Origin: a virus
DNA length: 64,000 nucleotides
Virus record (IMG/VR): IMGVR_UViG_3300045391_000822
Span: 64,001 to 128,000 of that record
Reading direction: 5' to 3' (one strand)
Under the pieces are notes generated by a model that was not told the origin of the DNA, did not search any database, and saw only the letters and a list, made by a program, of their open reading frames with translations. The first letter of the stretch is position 1; every line of letters starts with the position of its first letter. Shown piece by piece: positions 63,011 to 64,000 of the stretch. The position numbers and the translations under genes are program-made.

Positions 63011-63175
63011 ATGGCTGCGGTGATGGAGCGCAAGGCCCTCATAATGTCAGAGTTTCATTGCCTGCTTGATGACAATGCGCCCATATATGAACTCATGTAT
63101 TTTTCCGATAAGGCAGATGCTCGTCGTAAAGAACGGCAGCGAGCTCGACGGGAAGGCATGATATTGAACGACTAG
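63011..63175 (+). CDS. T-segment of the tail chaperone (probably expressed by frameshift)
   Basis: Short ORF in the +1 frame, open from 62969, with no SD before its ATG. Confidence 0.5.
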   Translation: MAAVMERKALIMSEFHCLLDDNAPIYELMYFSDKADARRKERQRARREGMILND

Positions 63176-63185
63176 GAGATTACGA

Positions 63186-64000
63186 ATGGTCGCTGCAAAG
63201 TTTCGGACCGACTATGAAGCTCAGAAATGGGCTTCATTAGCGAACGCAGACAGGGCGGCTCTTGATAGGTTAGCAGCAGGAACAGCTACACCTCAGGACA
63301 TACGCCGTGTCCAATCCTTGGTAACCAAGTCCTATGGATTGGCGACCACCGTTTTCAACAAAGGCCTTAAAGCCATTGAGGCTGCAGCTAACGATCGAAT
63401 TGCCCATATCAACGATACACGGGTTGCCAAGGGTAAGGAGCCGCTTACCACTGGACAGTTCGAGGCTCTGCTTACTAAGGCCCTCGATAAAGCATGGTCA
63501 GACCAAGGCCCTGAACTAGTTGTAATTATCGAAGACGCGATTGTCAAGGAATCGCATTCTCAGGATAAACGCTTTGGGTCCATTCTTCACGATAAGCTTC
63601 GTCAGTTCCATGAGGAACGTGCCGCTAACGAAGCTTCATTGGACGAACACCAGAAGAGCCAAGATGAAAATCTAGCCTACGCAACCTTGAAGAAGGTTAA
63701 CAGTATCCCGAACATCGTTGAAGAACGTGTTGAGCGTGCTGTTAAACGTGCTCTTGAGAATTACAAGGGTCCTCAAGTTGTAGGTAATCCAACTACTGAA
63801 GCAGCAAATTCTTCAACAGCCACTTATTCTCCAGGATCGGTATTAGGCACACAACCTGGTAGTAAGGAAGATGAGCGTAAGTGGCAAACGTTCTCTCGAT
63901 TCAATGAAGACGGCGAACTCATCCAAGTTGCAAAAGAGAATGAAGGCGCAACGGGTGCTGTTCGTCGATCTCTGGAACTTATTGAACAGCAGAACAACCA
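63186..64000 (+). CDS. Probable tape measure protein (N-terminal part; runs off the right edge)
   Basis: AGGAG SD, ATG 63186, open helical Ala-rich frame (MVAAKFRTDYEAQKW...) to the window end; position after the chaperone pair. Confidence 0.6.
   Translation, partial: MVAAKFRTDYEAQKWASLANADRAALDRLAAGTATPQDIRRVQSLVTKSYGLATTVFNKGLKAIEAAANDRIAHINDTRVAKGKEPLTTGQFEALLTKALDKAWSDQGPELVVIIEDAIVKESHSQDKRFGSILHDKLRQFHEERAANEASLDEHQKSQDENLAYATLKKVNSIPNIVEERVERAVKRALENYKGPQVVGNPTTEAANSSTATYSPGSVLGTQPGSKEDERKWQTFSRFNEDGELIQVAKENEGATGAVRRSLELIEQQNN

Noticed and set aside
1-64000. CRISPR array
   Set aside because: No regularly spaced direct repeats with unique spacers seen; intergenic gaps are all under about 280 nt.

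Overview
64 kb internal segment of a large lytic myovirus genome. Gene content and order resemble the RSL1/Lu11/PaBG/Y3-type jumbo phages (assignment from recalled family knowledge, not a search). Layout: (1) 1-14.0 kb, minus strand: tail sheath (partial), tail-completion protein, major capsid protein, decoration protein, acidic scaffold, prohead protease, an Acb1/T4 57B-like 2H phosphodiesterase and a 1551-aa SNF2 helicase. (2) 14.2-32.8 kb, plus strand: about 50 tightly packed small early/accessory genes (SLOG, SleB-like hydrolase, NrdR-like Zn ribbon, R2K ATP-grasp, MazG-like, bL12-like, DUF2591/DUF1737 paralogs, small membrane proteins). (3) 32.9-54.9 kb, minus strand: fibre genes, GNAT, HNH, Ig-domain protein, T5 A1-like metallophosphoesterase, DUF5675, ADP-ribosyltransferase, neck proteins and large acidic proteins. 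(4) 55.0-64.0 kb, plus strand: RuvC-like resolvase, probable portal, tube-like baseplate protein, tail chaperone with a candidate +1 frameshift, and the start of a probable tape measure gene. The strongest unexplained signal is a putative capsid-cargo code. At least eight unrelated proteins share an N-terminal [FYIL]A[EQN]R[VIL][LIH][AS] tag. Head and cargo proteins carry many herpes-assemblin-like [VIL]xA|[SA] sites, and late operons share a CAATTTTA[CT] upstream motif. A second candidate system is a three-gene, head-to-tail dockable fibre cassette. No CRISPR array, complete tRNA or rRNA was seen.
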